From Octopus vulgaris (lineage: Eukaryota): a stretch of DNA of 64,000 nucleotides. Both the position numbers and the translations under genes were made by a program. Shown in pieces: positions 1-16,335 of this stretch; positions within the stretch are counted from its first letter, which is position 1, and every line of letters begins with the position of its first letter. Below the pieces are notes generated by a model. The model searched no databases. It saw only the letters and a program-made list of their open reading frames with translations, and was not told where the DNA came from. The stretch lies in contig OX597828.1 in the NCBI GenBank assembly GCA_951406725.2, forward strand, positions 59,954,001 to 60,018,000, in the 5' to 3' direction.

Positions 1-28
1 TGTATATATATATGTATATATATATGTA

Positions 29-438
29 GGCGCAGGAGTGGCTGTGTGGTAAGTAGCTTGCTATCCAACCACATGGTTCCGGGTTCAGTCCCACTGCGTG
101 GCACCTTGGGCAAGTGTCTTCTGCTATAGCTTCGGGCCGACCAATGCCTTGTGAGTGGATTTGGTGACGGAAACTGAAAGAAGCCTGTCGTATATATGTA
201 TATATATATATGTGTTTATATGTTTGTGTGTCTGTGTTTGTCCCCCTAGCATTGCTTGACAACTGATGCTGGTGTGTTTACGTCCCGTCACTTAGCGGTT
301 TGGCACAAGAGACCAATAGAATAATACTGGGCTTACAAAGAATAAGTTCCGGGGTCGATTTCCTCGACTAAAGGCGGTGCTCCAGCATGGCCGCAGTCAA
401 ATGACTGAAACAAGTAAAAGAGTAAAGAGAGTAAAGAG
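29..438 (+). mobile_element. tRNA-derived SINE, full length (octopus OR-type), inserted in a TA array
   Basis: Pol III-like head (GGCGCAGGAGTGGCTGTGTGGTAAG ... GGTTCAGTCCC), CCTTGGGCAAGT core, internal TA tract, 3' tail GGCGGTGCTCCAGCATGGCC...GAAACAAGTAAAAGAG. Near-identical copies at 27214 and 30721. Confidence 0.85.
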
Positions 439-1539
<1,101 letters not shown>

Positions 1540-1584
1540 GCTGGGTCAGAAGTGAGGGCTGGTGGCATTTGTTAAAGCTACCGA

Positions 1585-1659
1585 ATATAGCGCTGATGAC
1601 GGAATTCAAACTCCCCTTTTTTTATATGTTTGTGATCCAGAAACACCGTGTTCGCTATT
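1585..1659 (+). ncRNA. Hammerhead ribozyme motif (type I, PLE-associated)
   Basis: Stem I ATAGCG/CGCTAT, core CTGATGA 1593-1599, stem II GGA..CAAAC/GTTTG..TCC, GAAAC 1640-1644, near-palindromic stem III ACACCGTGT, cleavage triplet GTT. Confidence 0.7.
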
Positions 1660-1767
1660 AACGAACTTTTTGAAATACCCGTATAATTTTTGAACGTGGA
1701 ATAGCTGTGTGAAGAGCCTAGAAAGTTGGGTAATTACTATTAGAAGACGAGGGATGTATCAGTAATT

Positions 1768-1924
1768 AGACTGCGGCCATGCCGAGATACCACCTAGAGA
1801 AATCTTTAGTCGAAAGAATCGATCCGGTCCATCTGTTTTTATAGCCAGGGAATTGCAGTGGTACTGAACCCGGGACAATGTCATTGCGAAGCAAGCTTCT
1901 TACCAGACAACCACACCTGCGCCG
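1768..1924 (-). mobile_element. Degenerate, internally deleted copy of the tRNA-SINE
   Basis: Reverse complement of the SINE head (CCACACCTGCGCC, CTGAACCCGGG) and tail (GACTGCGGCCATGC). Confidence 0.65.
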
Positions 1925-1954
1925 ATATACTTAGCACAGATATATATTGGAAGT

Positions 1955-1997
1955 CCACCTGAAGATTGTCGATCAAGACAAGAAACAATTGTAGTGG
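1955..1997 (+). ncRNA. Minimal hammerhead ribozyme motif (PLE-type)
   Basis: CCAC-CTGAAGA-TTGTC gatcaa GACAA-GAAAC-AATT-GTA-GTGG: stems I and II pair fully, stem III loop is palindromic. Confidence 0.8.
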
Positions 1998-2090
1998 CGG
2001 TTTTTTTGACTATTTATTAAAATTTTATGTATTGATTAAGTCTTTCCTTGTTTGTTTTGCAAAATAGTGGTTTTGTCTCTAATAATATTT

Positions 2091-2096
2091 TATATG

Positions 2097-2185
<89 letters not shown>

Positions 2186-2248
2186 TTGTATATATATGAG
2201 TATATATATATGTGTATATTTTTATATATATGTGTATATTTGTATATA

Positions 2249-2291
<43 letters not shown>

Positions 2292-2307
2292 TTTGTATAT
2301 ATATATG

Positions 2308-2341
<34 letters not shown>

Positions 2342-2368
2342 TATATTTGATATATATATATGTATATT

Positions 2369-2405
<37 letters not shown>

Positions 2406-2416
2406 GTATATTTGTG

Positions 2417-2474
<58 letters not shown>

Positions 2475-2480
2475 TGTATA
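2091..2480. repeat. (TA)n array with TATGTATATTTG variants
   Basis: Directly visible. Confidence 0.95.
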
Positions 2481-4182
<1,702 letters not shown>

Positions 4183-4426
4183 TCATCATCATCATTTAGC
4201 GTCCGTTTTCCATGCTAGCATGGGTTGGACGGTTCAACTGGGGTCTGGGGAGCCCGAAGGCTGCACCAAGCCAGTCAGATCTGGCAGTGTTTCTACAGCT
4301 GGATCCCCTTCCTAACGCCAACCACTCCGAGAGTGTAGTGGGTGATTTTATGTGCCACCGACACAGGTGCCAGACGAGGCTGGCGAACGGCCACGCTCGG
4401 ATGGTGTTTTTATGTGCCACCGACAC
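4183..4426 (-). mobile_element. RTE LINE 3' end fragment with (GAT)n tail
   Basis: Reverse complement of the 3' UTR of the RTE at 55650-55889 (GTTGGCGTTAGGAAGGG..CCAGC, CATGCTAGCATG). Confidence 0.85.
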
Positions 4427-4449
4427 ATATATATATATGTATATTTGTA

Positions 4450-4480
<31 letters not shown>

Positions 4481-4489
4481 ATTTGTATG

Positions 4490-4522
<33 letters not shown>

Positions 4523-4531
4523 GTATATTTG

Positions 4532-4678
<147 letters not shown>

Positions 4679-4679
4679 T

Positions 4680-4733
<54 letters not shown>

Positions 4734-4745
4734 AATATATATATT

Positions 4746-5429
4746 TTTAACAGCGAAAAACGCGAACAAAGTAAAGATGGCAAGGATGGAGACGTGGGCG
4801 CAGATGAGGAGGGTCACCCCCACCTGGTGGACGCCCAGGAAGAAAACTCCAACGATAGGCCTGCCCGGGAGGTGAACCCAGGTACGGATGCTCCTACCGG
4901 CTCCAAAAGCCGTGGACATGGAGATGAAGAGGCCAAAAAAGAGGAAAAACTGAAGCTAAAACTCAGACAAAGCCAAGGGACAGAGGCAGCCAGGGACAGA
5001 GGCAAACCTAACGGTCCATATGCCAAAAAGGATGGAAACAAGCAGCGCACACGGGTATGTAGGTTCTACCTGAAAGGTGCCTGCCGGCATGGAGAGGAAG
5101 GTGCAGGCTGCCGCTTTGCACATCCGGGACCCTGCCACAGAAACCAACCACCGAAAGGAAATGGGATGGACCAGGCATCACCTGCCCCAAAACGGAGGTA
5201 CGCAGATGTGGTGCGTACCACAAACCACCAACGTGTTGTTGAAAGGGCAGCTGCTGAGCAGGAATCTTTTTTGTGCATGGCACAAAAGATTGTACAGCAG
5301 CTAACCTGGCTCCATCAGGCTCAGGCTCGCAGATGGAACTGCCCACAGTTCACAAGACCGCCACAGCAGATGGACCCAGGGTGGACAACGCCGGCAACAG
5401 CATACACCTCACCTCGATGCTCCTACTGA
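4746..5429 (+). CDS. LINE ORF1, C-terminal part (no native start), with a CCCH zinc finger
   Basis: Open frame from the TA boundary to TGA 5427-5429. [22 protein letters not shown] at 5058-5123. Confidence 0.75.
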   Translation, partial: FNSEKREQSKDGKDGDVGADEEGHPHLVDAQEENSNDRPAREVNPGTDAPTGSKSRGHGDEEAKKEEKLKLKLRQSQGTEAARDRGKPNGPYAKKDGNKQRTRVCRFYLKGACRHGEEGAGCRFAHPGPCHRNQPPKGNGMDQASPAPKRRYADVVRTTNHQRVVERAAAEQESFLCMAQKIVQQLTWLHQAQARRWNCPQFTRPPQQMDPGWTTPATAYTSPRCSY

Positions 5430-8377
5430 ACATCAGAGGTTTACTAACACACAGTAACAGGACAAAAGTCCCGTTCCTGAGAGACTTTGTTGCATGCAAT
5501 CAAGCCTTATGCATAGCACTCACAGAAACGCATCTGAAACCGGACATAGCAGATGCGGAATTACACATACCACAGTATGTTGTACTACGGACCGACAGGA
5601 AAGAAAGGAGTCATGGAGGAGTTGCTATGTACATCCGTGGGGACCTCACACCCCAGGTCCTTTTGTCATACTCAAACTCGGTGTGTGACACACTAATTGT
5701 ACACATAAGGCAACTTGATGTAGTTGTGTGTGCTACATATCGCCCTCCAGATGCCCCAAGTCATATGGGCAAGTTCGAGGACTGCCTTTTAAAAATAGAA
5801 GAAGTTCTAACCACATTAGAACAACACATAAGTGTACTTCTCATGGGAGACTTCAATCTACCGAATGTCAGATGGCCCGAGGGCCTTTCTCTCCCAGGAA
5901 TGACAAGATGTGAACGTGGACAGGCGAGGTCCCTCCTGAACCTCACCAACACCCTGTACATGGAGCAAGTAATACTGCAACCAACCAGAGCAGGTAACAC
6001 ACTGGATCTCTGCTTCACAAATAATATGGATCTCATCCATAATGTGAAAGTGACACCGACACTACTCTCGGATCACAACATGGTAGAGCTGACCATGTAC
6101 GGGCCAAAAGAGAGCACGGACATGCAGCCTACAAGAAACCCTCAGAATCTTTCCAGCTTGAACTTCAATAAGGCAAACTGGAAACAAATTGAGAAAGAGA
6201 TCCTCAAACAAAACTGGCCTGAATGTCTCTCCTCGCCGGACATCGACATGATACTTCAACAATTCATGTCTGTAATGCAAGCCATATGCTACAAATGTGT
6301 CCCAGAGAGAAAGGCCACTGTACACAAGAACAAAATCCCCAGAGAGAGGAAAATTTTAATGAGACGGCGTACAAAAATTTCAAATCGCCTAAACAAACAA
6401 ATTGAAAGTAGTGAAAAGTCCCGCCTGAAAATAAAACTGTTGGAAATTGAAAATTGTCTGCAACTTTCCCATGAGAAGGAAAGAGCAGACAAAGAAGCCT
6501 GGGCTATAGACAACATAAAAACTAACCCCAGAGCTTTCTACAGGTATGCCAAAGAAACGGCTACAGTGCACTGTAGGATAGGGCCACTCCTTGAAAAGGA
6601 TGGCACACTCACAGGAAAACCAATGAGGGTAAGTGAAATACTGAATGAACAATTCAAGAGTGTTTTCACTCCACCCCTTGGGCATTTCCAAATCAGCAAT
6701 CCAACTGACTTCTTTACCACTGCAGATATAGAATCAGAGGCGGCGACGATAAGTTACATCGAGATAAAGGAAGACGATGTAATAAAGGCTATAGATGAAA
6801 TGAAAATAGACTCAGCTACTGGCCCCGATGGATTCCCGGCAATCCTCCTAAAAGTATGTAAGAGAGTCTTAGCAAGACCACTGCAGTCCCTCTTTCAGAG
6901 CTTCCTTGCAGCTGGCAAACTTCCAAGGGGACTGAAGGAAGGTAAAATATGCCCTATTCATAAAGGAGGTAGCAGAGCGGAGGCAAAGAACTACAGACCT
7001 ATCTCTCTGACCTCACACATCAGCAAGGTCATGGAACGAATAGTCAGAAGGAAACTAATCACCTTCCTTGAAGAAAATGACTTGCTGCCTGACACCCAAC
7101 ATGGTTTCCGACCAGGAAGAAGCTGCTTAACTCAGCTCCTGCAGCACTATGACTGGGTGCTGAAACAACTGCTCAACCACTCAAATGTGGAAGTCATATA
7201 TCTCGACTTCGCAAAGGCCTTCGATAAAGTCGATCACGGAATGATATGTCACAGGCTGCGTGATCTTGGCATAGTTGGAAAACTAGGAGAATGGCTTCAC
7301 GACTTTCTGAAGAATAGAAGTCAGGTGGTAGTAGCCAATGGGGCCACTTCCATTAACACGCAAATAATGAGTGGTGTTCCACAGGGCACTGTTTTGGGAC
7401 CACTACTGTTCATAATGGCCCTCTCAGACATGCCCTCAGCCACGCAGAGATCCACGATCACAAGTTATGCAGATGATACAAAAGTTTCACAGGCAATACA
7501 GAACCCTGAGGACACTAAAAACCTGCAATGTGAGCTGGACGAAATATACAAGTGGGCTGAAAAGAATAGCATGCAGTTCAATGCTGGAAAGTTTCAAGCT
7601 TTATACTATCAGCATGCAAAACTGAATGCAATACCCAATGAATACACTGGACCCGGAGGGATTGCAATCCCAGAGGCACAATCAGTGCGTGACCTGGGTA
7701 TTCACATGAGTGATGACGCAACCTTTCATGTACATGTTGCTAAACTGACAGTGAAATGTAGACGGCTGGCTGGCTGGATTCTTAGAACCTTTAGAACAAG
7801 AGAACAAGAAACCATGATGGTCCTCTGGAAGACACTTGTCCTAAGCCACTTTGACTATTGCTCTCAGCTATGGTCACCATCCAGTGTCAAGTTGATCACA
7901 GAACTTGAGGCGATCCAACGAAGCTACACAAAGAAGATAGCCTCTATGCAGAATGTAAGCTACTGGGAAAGACTCAAGAGATTAAAATTATACTCCCTGG
8001 AGCGTAGGCGGGAAAGATATGCCATAATATACATCTGGAAGATCCTGGAGGGAAGTGTCCTGAACTTTGGCATCGAGAGTTACACAAATGCCAGAACTGG
8101 GCGCCACTGCGTGGTGCCTAGGACTCCAAACCTGCCATCAAGATGTAGGACAAGATTCTGTGATAGCCTGGGCTTCCAAGGCCCACAGCTCTTCAATATC
8201 CTCCCGAAGAACCTGAGAGACCTGCATGGGGTGGATACAGATGTCTTTAAAATGAAGCTGGATCTCTTCCTGTCAGGTGTCCCAGATGAACCAACTTCAC
8301 GGCAGGAGGGGCAGATGAGGGCAGCTGCATCGAACTCTCTCATGCACCAAATAGCAGTTGCTAGAAAGCCTCCATGA
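5417..8377 (+). CDS. LINE ORF2: APE endonuclease plus reverse transcriptase, uninterrupted
   Basis: NIRGL, LTETHL, GDFN, LDL, SDH (APE); [27 protein letters not shown] (RT). ATG 5417 overlaps the ORF1 stop by 13 nt. Confidence 0.95.
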   Translation: MLLLNIRGLLTHSNRTKVPFLRDFVACNQALCIALTETHLKPDIADAELHIPQYVVLRTDRKERSHGGVAMYIRGDLTPQVLLSYSNSVCDTLIVHIRQLDVVVCATYRPPDAPSHMGKFEDCLLKIEEVLTTLEQHISVLLMGDFNLPNVRWPEGLSLPGMTRCERGQARSLLNLTNTLYMEQVILQPTRAGNTLDLCFTNNMDLIHNVKVTPTLLSDHNMVELTMYGPKESTDMQPTRNPQNLSSLNFNKANWKQIEKEILKQNWPECLSSPDIDMILQQFMSVMQAICYKCVPERKATVHKNKIPRERKILMRRRTKISNRLNKQIESSEKSRLKIKLLEIENCLQLSHEKERADKEAWAIDNIKTNPRAFYRYAKETATVHCRIGPLLEKDGTLTGKPMRVSEILNEQFKSVFTPPLGHFQISNPTDFFTTADIESEAATISYIEIKEDDVIKAIDEMKIDSATGPDGFPAILLKVCKRVLARPLQSLFQSFLAAGKLPRGLKEGKICPIHKGGSRAEAKNYRPISLTSHISKVMERIVRRKLITFLEENDLLPDTQHGFRPGRSCLTQLLQHYDWVLKQLLNHSNVEVIYLDFAKAFDKVDHGMICHRLRDLGIVGKLGEWLHDFLKNRSQVVVANGATSINTQIMSGVPQGTVLGPLLFIMALSDMPSATQRSTITSYADDTKVSQAIQNPEDTKNLQCELDEIYKWAEKNSMQFNAGKFQALYYQHAKLNAIPNEYTGPGGIAIPEAQSVRDLGIHMSDDATFHVHVAKLTVKCRRLAGWILRTFRTREQETMMVLWKTLVLSHFDYCSQLWSPSSVKLITELEAIQRSYTKKIASMQNVSYWERLKRLKLYSLERRRERYAIIYIWKILEGSVLNFGIESYTNARTGRHCVVPRTPNLPSRCRTRFCDSLGFQGPQLFNILPKNLRDLHGVDTDVFKMKLDLFLSGVPDEPTSRQEGQMRAAASNSLMHQIAVARKPP

Positions 8378-8469
8378 AGTAAAACCAAGTAGCAACACCA
8401 AATGGCGGTGCCCCAGCATGGCCACAGCTCATAGGCTGGAACTGGAATCAATCAATCAATCATCAATCA

Positions 8470-9310
<841 letters not shown>

Positions 9311-9312
9311 TA

Positions 9313-9763
9313 TCTATTATATAAAATCCTGTCTATCTGTGTGTGTGTCTTCTAGGATCTTGGGCATCCTCCATCTGATTGTGTTCAACTTTGATATGTA
9401 GATACCGATGTTATCAGGGTGTGTATAAGTCTTGAAAAAATTACAAAACTCGTTTCCAGGTGAGAATGTGATCGATAAAGCCGTGGGAACGTGCATTTGT
9501 ACGCGCAAGTACATCAGCTGTTGTGATGTACTTACTGGTACTTTAAACTCTTCGGTTGCATATTTGTGTGAATAAAATCGTTTTTCTTTGGAATAGAAAA
9601 AAGTCTATTTTTATTTCTTCTTTTGCTGGTGTCTCATACTTAGGTTAAATCCGTGTTTCTCAAAGGGGAGGTCTATGGGACAGTCGGACAAGTTGTTTTG
9701 AGAAAATTTGGTTTAAATGTTTGACAACTCAGCACCGTCCATTGAACAGGGGCATTTTGCTCG
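9313..9763 (+). mobile_element. Non-autonomous Helitron-like element
   Basis: 5' A^TCTATTATATAAAA, weak subterminal GC hairpin, and CTCG^T 3' end (CTAG variant). Confidence 0.55.
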
Positions 9764-9781
9764 TGTATATATATATATCTA

Positions 9782-11838
9782 TTATATAATATTAGGTAGT
9801 ATAACTCCAAACTTACAGGGAAAAATTCAATTTAGTATTAAATCAAAATTCACAATATAAATATATGATATATATAAATTACAGAAAAACTACTATTATG
9901 TAATTCAAACAATGATAGACATAAAACATATCATATAGAAAAAAAATGAAATATATTATAAAACATTTATCTAGATCACAAAAAGTACATAATAATAAAC
10001 AGTATATAATCAGTAAAAATACTATGTACGTTTCGTGGCTATAACTTCAATTCGAATTACAATTAAATTTTAAATTAATTGATCCAAAAACAATTCAATT
10101 TAAAAGTATAGTCACTCCTCAGGTCAACAATAATAACAATAATAGTTAAATAAATACATATTTTTAATAAATAATCAAACAGAATTAAACAATATTTCTT
10201 AAAGAAATAAAAACATGATTCTTCTTATAAAAGAAATTCCATTAACTAAATTTGAAACTTAAAAAGTAGGACGAAGTGTATATAATACATTTATCATGTT
10301 AAAAACAAGGTAAAAAAATAGAATAAATAGATAGAAATATGTATTTTATCTGTGAAGGTATATTTTAGCTTTGAGAATAATATAAACAAACTATAGTATA
10401 TCTTTACTGGAAAAATATGAGTCCAATTAATTAAAATAAAAATGCTTAAAATAAATCATATACTTAAGTTAAGCTAAATTACTATAATTTAATCTATATT
10501 AATTAAATAAATTATATATTACTTTATTAATTAAATAAACATCTAATTTGATCCAATACTAACTATGTACTAAACTCTATACAAAACATGTGTAGACTTA
10601 TAATATATCTTACAACAACAATGTTGCAGCCACAACCCTGTAATAGTATTTTGTATATATTTCAACAATATGCTCACAAATAATTTAAACTTATTATATA
10701 AGTAAATTAATATATCTTACAACAACAATGTTGCAGCCACAACCCTGTAATAGTATTTTGTATATATTTCAACAATATGCTCACAAATAATTTAAACTTA
10801 TTATATAAGTAAATTAATTTATTGATAAAATAAACAAAGAACTTATTATTATTATTAAATTCAATAGTATATAAAGAAAAAATATAAAAAAGCTTTTCAC
10901 AAAACAACCACAAATAATATTTTTAGATTTTAGTTCACATAATAATTATAATAATAAGAATAATTAAATAAAAGTATGTATCTTAAATTATAATTAACAA
11001 ATAAAAAAGTTAGAAATACATATTTTTTAATCAATTATCATAAATTTCACCATTATTTCTTAAATAAAACATATATTTATTTTTTCAAAGATATTTATGA
11101 ACTAAAAAATATTTTAAATTAAAAATGTATAACTTAGCATTTATAAGTCTAGATCTAATATTTCGCTCATTAAGGGGATAACAAAAATACTTTTTATTAT
11201 AATTAAATTCAATAGTACAAAAAAAATATAAACTTTTCACTATAATATTTAACGTTACAAACTATTTCAACCACACTTAATGCTTTTAGATAATAGTTCA
11301 CATATAATTATTAAAATAAGAATAATTAAATAAATGTACGTATCTAAATTATAATTAACAAATAAAAAAGATATTTATAAAAAATATGTATTTATTTAAC
11401 TATTATTGTTATTATTGCTGACCTGAGGAGTGACTATACTTTTAAATTGAATTGTTTTGAGATCGATTAATTTTAAATTTAATTGTTATTCAAATTGAAG
11501 TTATAGCCACGAAACGTACGTAGTCTTTTTACTAATTATATACTGCTTATCATTATGTACTTTTTGTGATCTAGATAAATGTTTTATCATATATTTTATT
11601 TTTACTATATGATATTTTTTATGTCTATCATTGTTTGAATTACATAATAGTGGTTTTTCTAATTTATATATATATACCTGTATATGATTATGGACTCTCC
11701 TTTTTACTAATTATATACTGTTTATTATTATGTACTTTTTGTGATCTAGATAAATGTTTTATCATATATTTTATTTTTACTATATGATATGTTTTATGTC
11801 TATCATTGTTTGAATTACATAATAGTGGTTTTTCTTTA

Positions 11839-11884
<46 letters not shown>

Positions 11885-11908
11885 CTGTATATGATTATGG
11901 ACTCTCCT
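9782..11908 (-). mobile_element. ORF-less Penelope-like element with inverted pseudo-LTRs, each carrying a hammerhead motif
   Basis: About 9870-10170 is the reverse complement of about 11385-11675. Hammerheads at 10020-10125 (-) and 11420-11525 (+). Very AT-rich body with internal duplications. Confidence 0.7.
11420..11525 (+). ncRNA. Hammerhead ribozyme motif with a long stem II
   Basis: GAC-CTGAGGA-GTGACTATA...TATAGCCAC-GAAAC-GTAC-GTA-GTC. Confidence 0.78.
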
Positions 11909-11909
11909 G

Positions 11910-14472
11910 TCAGTTTTGATGTATGAGGCTCCAACAACACACTTTTTCTTTGTCAGCCTTAATGCTTATGTTGAATGCAACATTTAAGTCCTGCCAACAA
12001 TTTGCAAAGAAGGCCACAAATGTTGCAAGTTTTGAGAATTGCAGGTCAGTGTAAGTGGTATATTTGCAACCACTTTTCTCCTTTGCCTTGCACCCCAAAG
12101 TCTGTCAGTGCTGGTTGCAATTAAGTTTTTAATACCATTTTGACAGAATGATCTCCATTTTTTTCATTCCAAGGTTGTTCACTTAAAAGTGTTGTGAGCT
12201 ATCTTCATCACCAAGAGGTGACTCTTCAGTTTGTCCTTATATCTAGCCATAGTCAACCAACATTCCTGTGTCCACTCTGAAGCTACCTGTACATGAGGAC
12301 TTTAGGTTTTCTTTTGTTGCTCATTCTGACGACATGGCCAGCCCAGCGCAATTGTGATTGTATAAAGAAGCTCTCAATTCTACCAATCTTACACTTGCGA
12401 AACAAGTCAGCATTAGAAACTTTGTCTTTTAGTGAATAACCGCAGATTGTCCTCAGACAGTCTTTGTGGATGATGTCTAGTTGGTTAATGTGTTGTCTAT
12501 AGGGTATCCACAATTCTGAGCCATACAAGGGAGTAGTAAGAATGGCTGCTTTATAAACCTGTGCTTTGGTGTAAAGTTTGATGCCCCTTTCATTCCATAG
12601 GAGATGATAGAGTTTGCCAAATGTGTTGGTTGCCTTTGCAAGATGGTTGACTATTTCATCATCAAGGGAAGTGCTCAAATTCACTTTGCTACCAAGATGT
12701 GTAAATGACTTCATGTAATTTAAGCTTTTCCCATCAGGAAAATTGTGAACCGGTGGCTTCTGCTTGGTACCTCAAATTTGTTTAGGAGTAGGGCAAGGTT
12801 GTTGGATTACTTGTGTCTTCTTTATGCTGATAGTCAAACCAAAGGCTTTACATGCAGCAGAAAACGGATCTAGAAGTTCCTGAGCTTCATCTAAAGAAGT
12901 CGCTACTAGTGCAGCACTATCTGCAAAAAGTAGATCACGAATGATACTGGTGCATAGCAGTATCATTCTGGCTTTGAAATGCTGATGACTGGATAGTCCA
13001 CCACATTTTTGAAACTGGCATTTGACACTGCTTCATATGTCACCAAAAGCATACCTCAGTATCACTGAAAAGAAGAGTGCAAACAAGACAGGAGCCATAA
13101 CACAACCTTGCTTTGTGCTGTTTGTAATGTCAAAGGAAGCTGAAGATTTCCCACCGGACATGACAGTAGCCTTCATTCCCTCATGAAAGGAGATAACATT
13201 CAACATCTTGTCAGGTATACTAAGCTTTTTCAGAACTTTCCATAGTGCTTGCTAGTTATCAGTGTCAAAGGCCTTAGTAAGGTCAATGAATATCAAGAAA
13301 AACTCTTGATTTTTCTCATGTACCTTCTTCATGACATGTCGGAGGGAAAAGATCATGTCGACAGTGTCACGACTATAGCAAAATCTACACTGTGATTCTG
13401 GGTAAATATCATTTACAATGTGTTTGATGATCCTGTCAAGAATGAGTCAAGCAAGAATCTTACCAACGATAGACAGAAGCAATATTCCATGATGATTATC
13501 ACAGAAACTTCTGTTGCATTTGTTCTTATACAGATGTTGAATTGAGGCATCCTTGAAGTTCTGTGGCACACAGCTTACCTTCCAGATGTTTATGAAGAGG
13601 TCATGCTGTTTGTTAAAAACTTTCTGTCCACCATATTTGTAAATTTCAGGAGGGATAGCATCCCTGCCAGGTGCTTTACCAAAAGAGGTCTGTTTAATAG
13701 AGTTTACCACTTCCAGAAAGGTTGACTCCAGAGACAGTTCCTGTTTCACAGTGTGCTGTGGAACAGACATTGTGACATCGTCATTAGTGACTGAGGTTCA
13801 ATACATGACATTAGTTCAACATGGCTTCAAAGTGATCATTCCATCAGTTCAAGATGTCAGATTTGTCAGTCAGCAGTTTCTCTCTATTTGATGAAAAAAT
13901 AGGAGTAACACCATGCTCTTGAGGACCATACACTTTCTTGAGGCCATCATAAAAAGCTTTAGAATCCTTTCTGTCTGCAGCTTCTTGGAGTTCAGTAGCC
14001 TTGAAAGACCAATAAGCCTCAGAGCATGTTGGACCTGACCTCTGCATTTCTTGTAGACATTCTCTTTTCTGGATGAGCTCTTATCATTTATCCAAGTTCT
14101 GTGAGAGATGTGCATTTTACCTATCAACTGCTGGACATCTGTGTTGTTATCGTTGAACCAATCTTGATGTTTACAAACAGAAAGTCCAAGTACCTCTACT
14201 GATGCAGAGTGTGTTGCATCATGCAGAGCCTTCCAAGATGATTCTATGTCATCATTGATATCAACAGTGTTGAGTGCAGTGTCCAACTTGATTGAGAGCT
14301 CAGCCTGCTTTTCAACAGTTTCCAAGGCAGAACATTAATGAGCTTAGGCACTGATGAATTCTGTAGTCTTGTGTGTTTCAGATGGAACATAGCCTTACTA
14401 CAGAGAAGAGAATGGTCAGAGAGATAGCAAGTGTAATATCAAAGTCCCTAATATCTCATTTCTTAGTGATAA
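11910..14472 (-). pseudogene. Decayed RTE/BovB-like LINE ORF
   Basis: Fragments GKAPGRDAIPPE, LLFADSAAL, FGLTISIKKT, FTHLGS, QLRWAGHVVRM, with multiple stops and frameshifts. Confidence 0.85.
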
Positions 14473-16335
14473 CAGGAGGAATTACAACCGTGTTTCGTGG
14501 TCTGCTACCACATTAGCTCCTTTATAGGATCCAGTTAGCTCAAGACATCATCAGGAAGAACCACATCCGGTTTCGGCCCCTACTCCTCTACCGTTTTGAC
14601 GTGGCAGCCCCCCCCCCCCTGTTGGAGGTGTCTTCAGCTCTGGTGTTGGGTGCATGTCTTCTTTCTTCTTCTTTCTTCTGTTCCCTGGCCTCATTGATGT
14701 ATTGTCAGCCGATGACTGACTGTCTTGTCAAATTTTTCCCTTTAAATACCTGCCGTATAGGCTCCAGCAGGCAGCCCCAGCAAGTTGTCACATGACACTG
14801 TCTCACCGTAACTGACTAGTGAAGGCGCGTAGTTTTAGCCCGCGCTTGTTCTAAATGACCGTCACCTGTCAGTCAGCTTGTCTCACCTCATGATGTTATT
14901 TCCCGTCGACATGTTATGACTTTCAAGCCATTTTCGGTCTTCCCGCTTCAGCCATATATAGAAGCTGGCTTTTCGACCGCCTCCTGTACTCTCCTTATTA
15001 GTTTACGCAGCTCGGGGCTAGAAAAAACAAATCTTCTTTTGAAAAGCATTGTCATTTTCTTTTCAATGAAGCCTCTAGCCCCCACTGTCAGGTGATAATA
15101 TGTGACATTCCATCCCTGTTCTCTGCATTCTTCGATTAGCTTTTCATACCTCTTCTCTTTTTGTTCCTCTGCGTTGCCGATGTTCTCTTCCCAAGGTACT
15201 GTCAGTTCTAGTAAAATTCCCATTCTCCGGTCTCTGTTCCATAGAACTAAATCTGGTCTTTTTGTTGTTTTTATTAGTGGAAATATTACTTGTCTTTCCA
15301 AGTCCGTGATCACCTCCCAGTATCCCTTCCAACTTTCGTCTATCTTGTATACTTTACTTGTAGGCCTGGTTTTATAACCTTTTCCCTCCTTGTGGAAGTA
15401 TACTTTCCTGCGCTTTTCTACTTTTGGGTACTCTCCCCTATTGTACCTCTCGATCTTCTCCTTGAGTGCTGCGCTTATGATGCCGAGGACTTGATTATGC
15501 CGCCAAGTATATCTTTCAAGTGCTAGTCTGCAACTTGACAGAACATGTCTAATCGTCGCTTTCTCTCTGCATCTACATTCATCAATTGTTTTTATGTTCC
15601 ACCGGACTAAGTTCGTCGGTGAGGGTAGAACGTCGAAGGTAGACTTGATCAGGAAGGATGTTCCTGCTTGTTCCCAAGCCCAAAGTTCCTTCCATGATAT
15701 TCTGCGGTTGATCACATATTCCTCCCATCTCAGGCACTGTCCCTGTTGACTGCATTGCACCAAATGTACATTTCGCCTTTCTTCTTCCTCCTTTCTCACT
15801 TCGTATACCACTGCCTCTTTCATCTCTTTTACACTGCTCATGCAAAATGGCTTGAAATCGTGCAACCCTAGACCGGTTCTAGCTTCTTGCGTCGCTCCGA
15901 CTATATCTGCATGCCTTAGTTTTCCGATCGCCCTGTTTACTGCCTCTTCCGCCTTCCATTTCCTCCCTGTTCGTACCTTTGGAGGGTCTTCCCGGATGCT
16001 CTGATCTTTTGAATACCTTAGCATCATTACTGTCCTTGCCTTTCCTGCCTTATATTCTTTGGCGATTGATGTTATTGGTAGTTGCAGCACGGGTTTTCCA
16101 GATGGTGCAGTTGTATTCTGTGGTTTCGGCAGACCAAGCCATTTTCTGATAAACACACTGCATCTTTGCTCCATCCCTTCTACTCTACTCGAGGCTATTT
16201 CATACATTTGCAATGGCCACATTATTCTTGGGTACAGCCCAAATTGCCGTATCCAACATTTGAATTTTCCCGGCAGCATTGTTCTGTCAATTGCCTTTAA
16301 TCCTTGTTCTACTAACTCGTGCGTTTCTTTTTGGA
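14473..16335 (-). mobile_element. 5'-truncated Hero-like (R2-group, restriction-like endonuclease) non-LTR retrotransposon
   Basis: ORF ending at 14948 with PRIMWPL, DVLPSPTNL..W, CxC..H..C knuckle, YTWRHNQVL, RPD...ELTVPWE..K..RY. Candidate TSD AGTGATAA at 14465-14472 and 16336-16343. Confidence 0.85.

Larger units (their letters stand above)
4746..8469 (+). mobile_element. CR1-group (Jockey/CR1 superclade) LINE, 5'-truncated in ORF1, intact ORF2, (AATC)n tail
   Basis: Two overlapping ORFs, short 3' UTR with GGCGGTGCCCCAGCATGGCC, microsatellite tail, TA arrays on both sides. Confidence 0.92.

Noticed and set aside
29-100. tRNA gene
   Set aside because: It is the tRNA-derived head of a multi-copy SINE, with no convincing cloverleaf.
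5273-5416. ATG 5273 as the ORF2 start
   Set aside because: APE homology begins at about 5417 (LLNIRGL). The upstream part overlaps ORF1, so it is possible but unsupported.
10170-11385. Mitochondrial insertion (very AT-rich)
   Set aside because: No recognisable mitochondrial tRNA, rRNA or protein sequence, and it is bounded by hammerhead-bearing inverted repeats.
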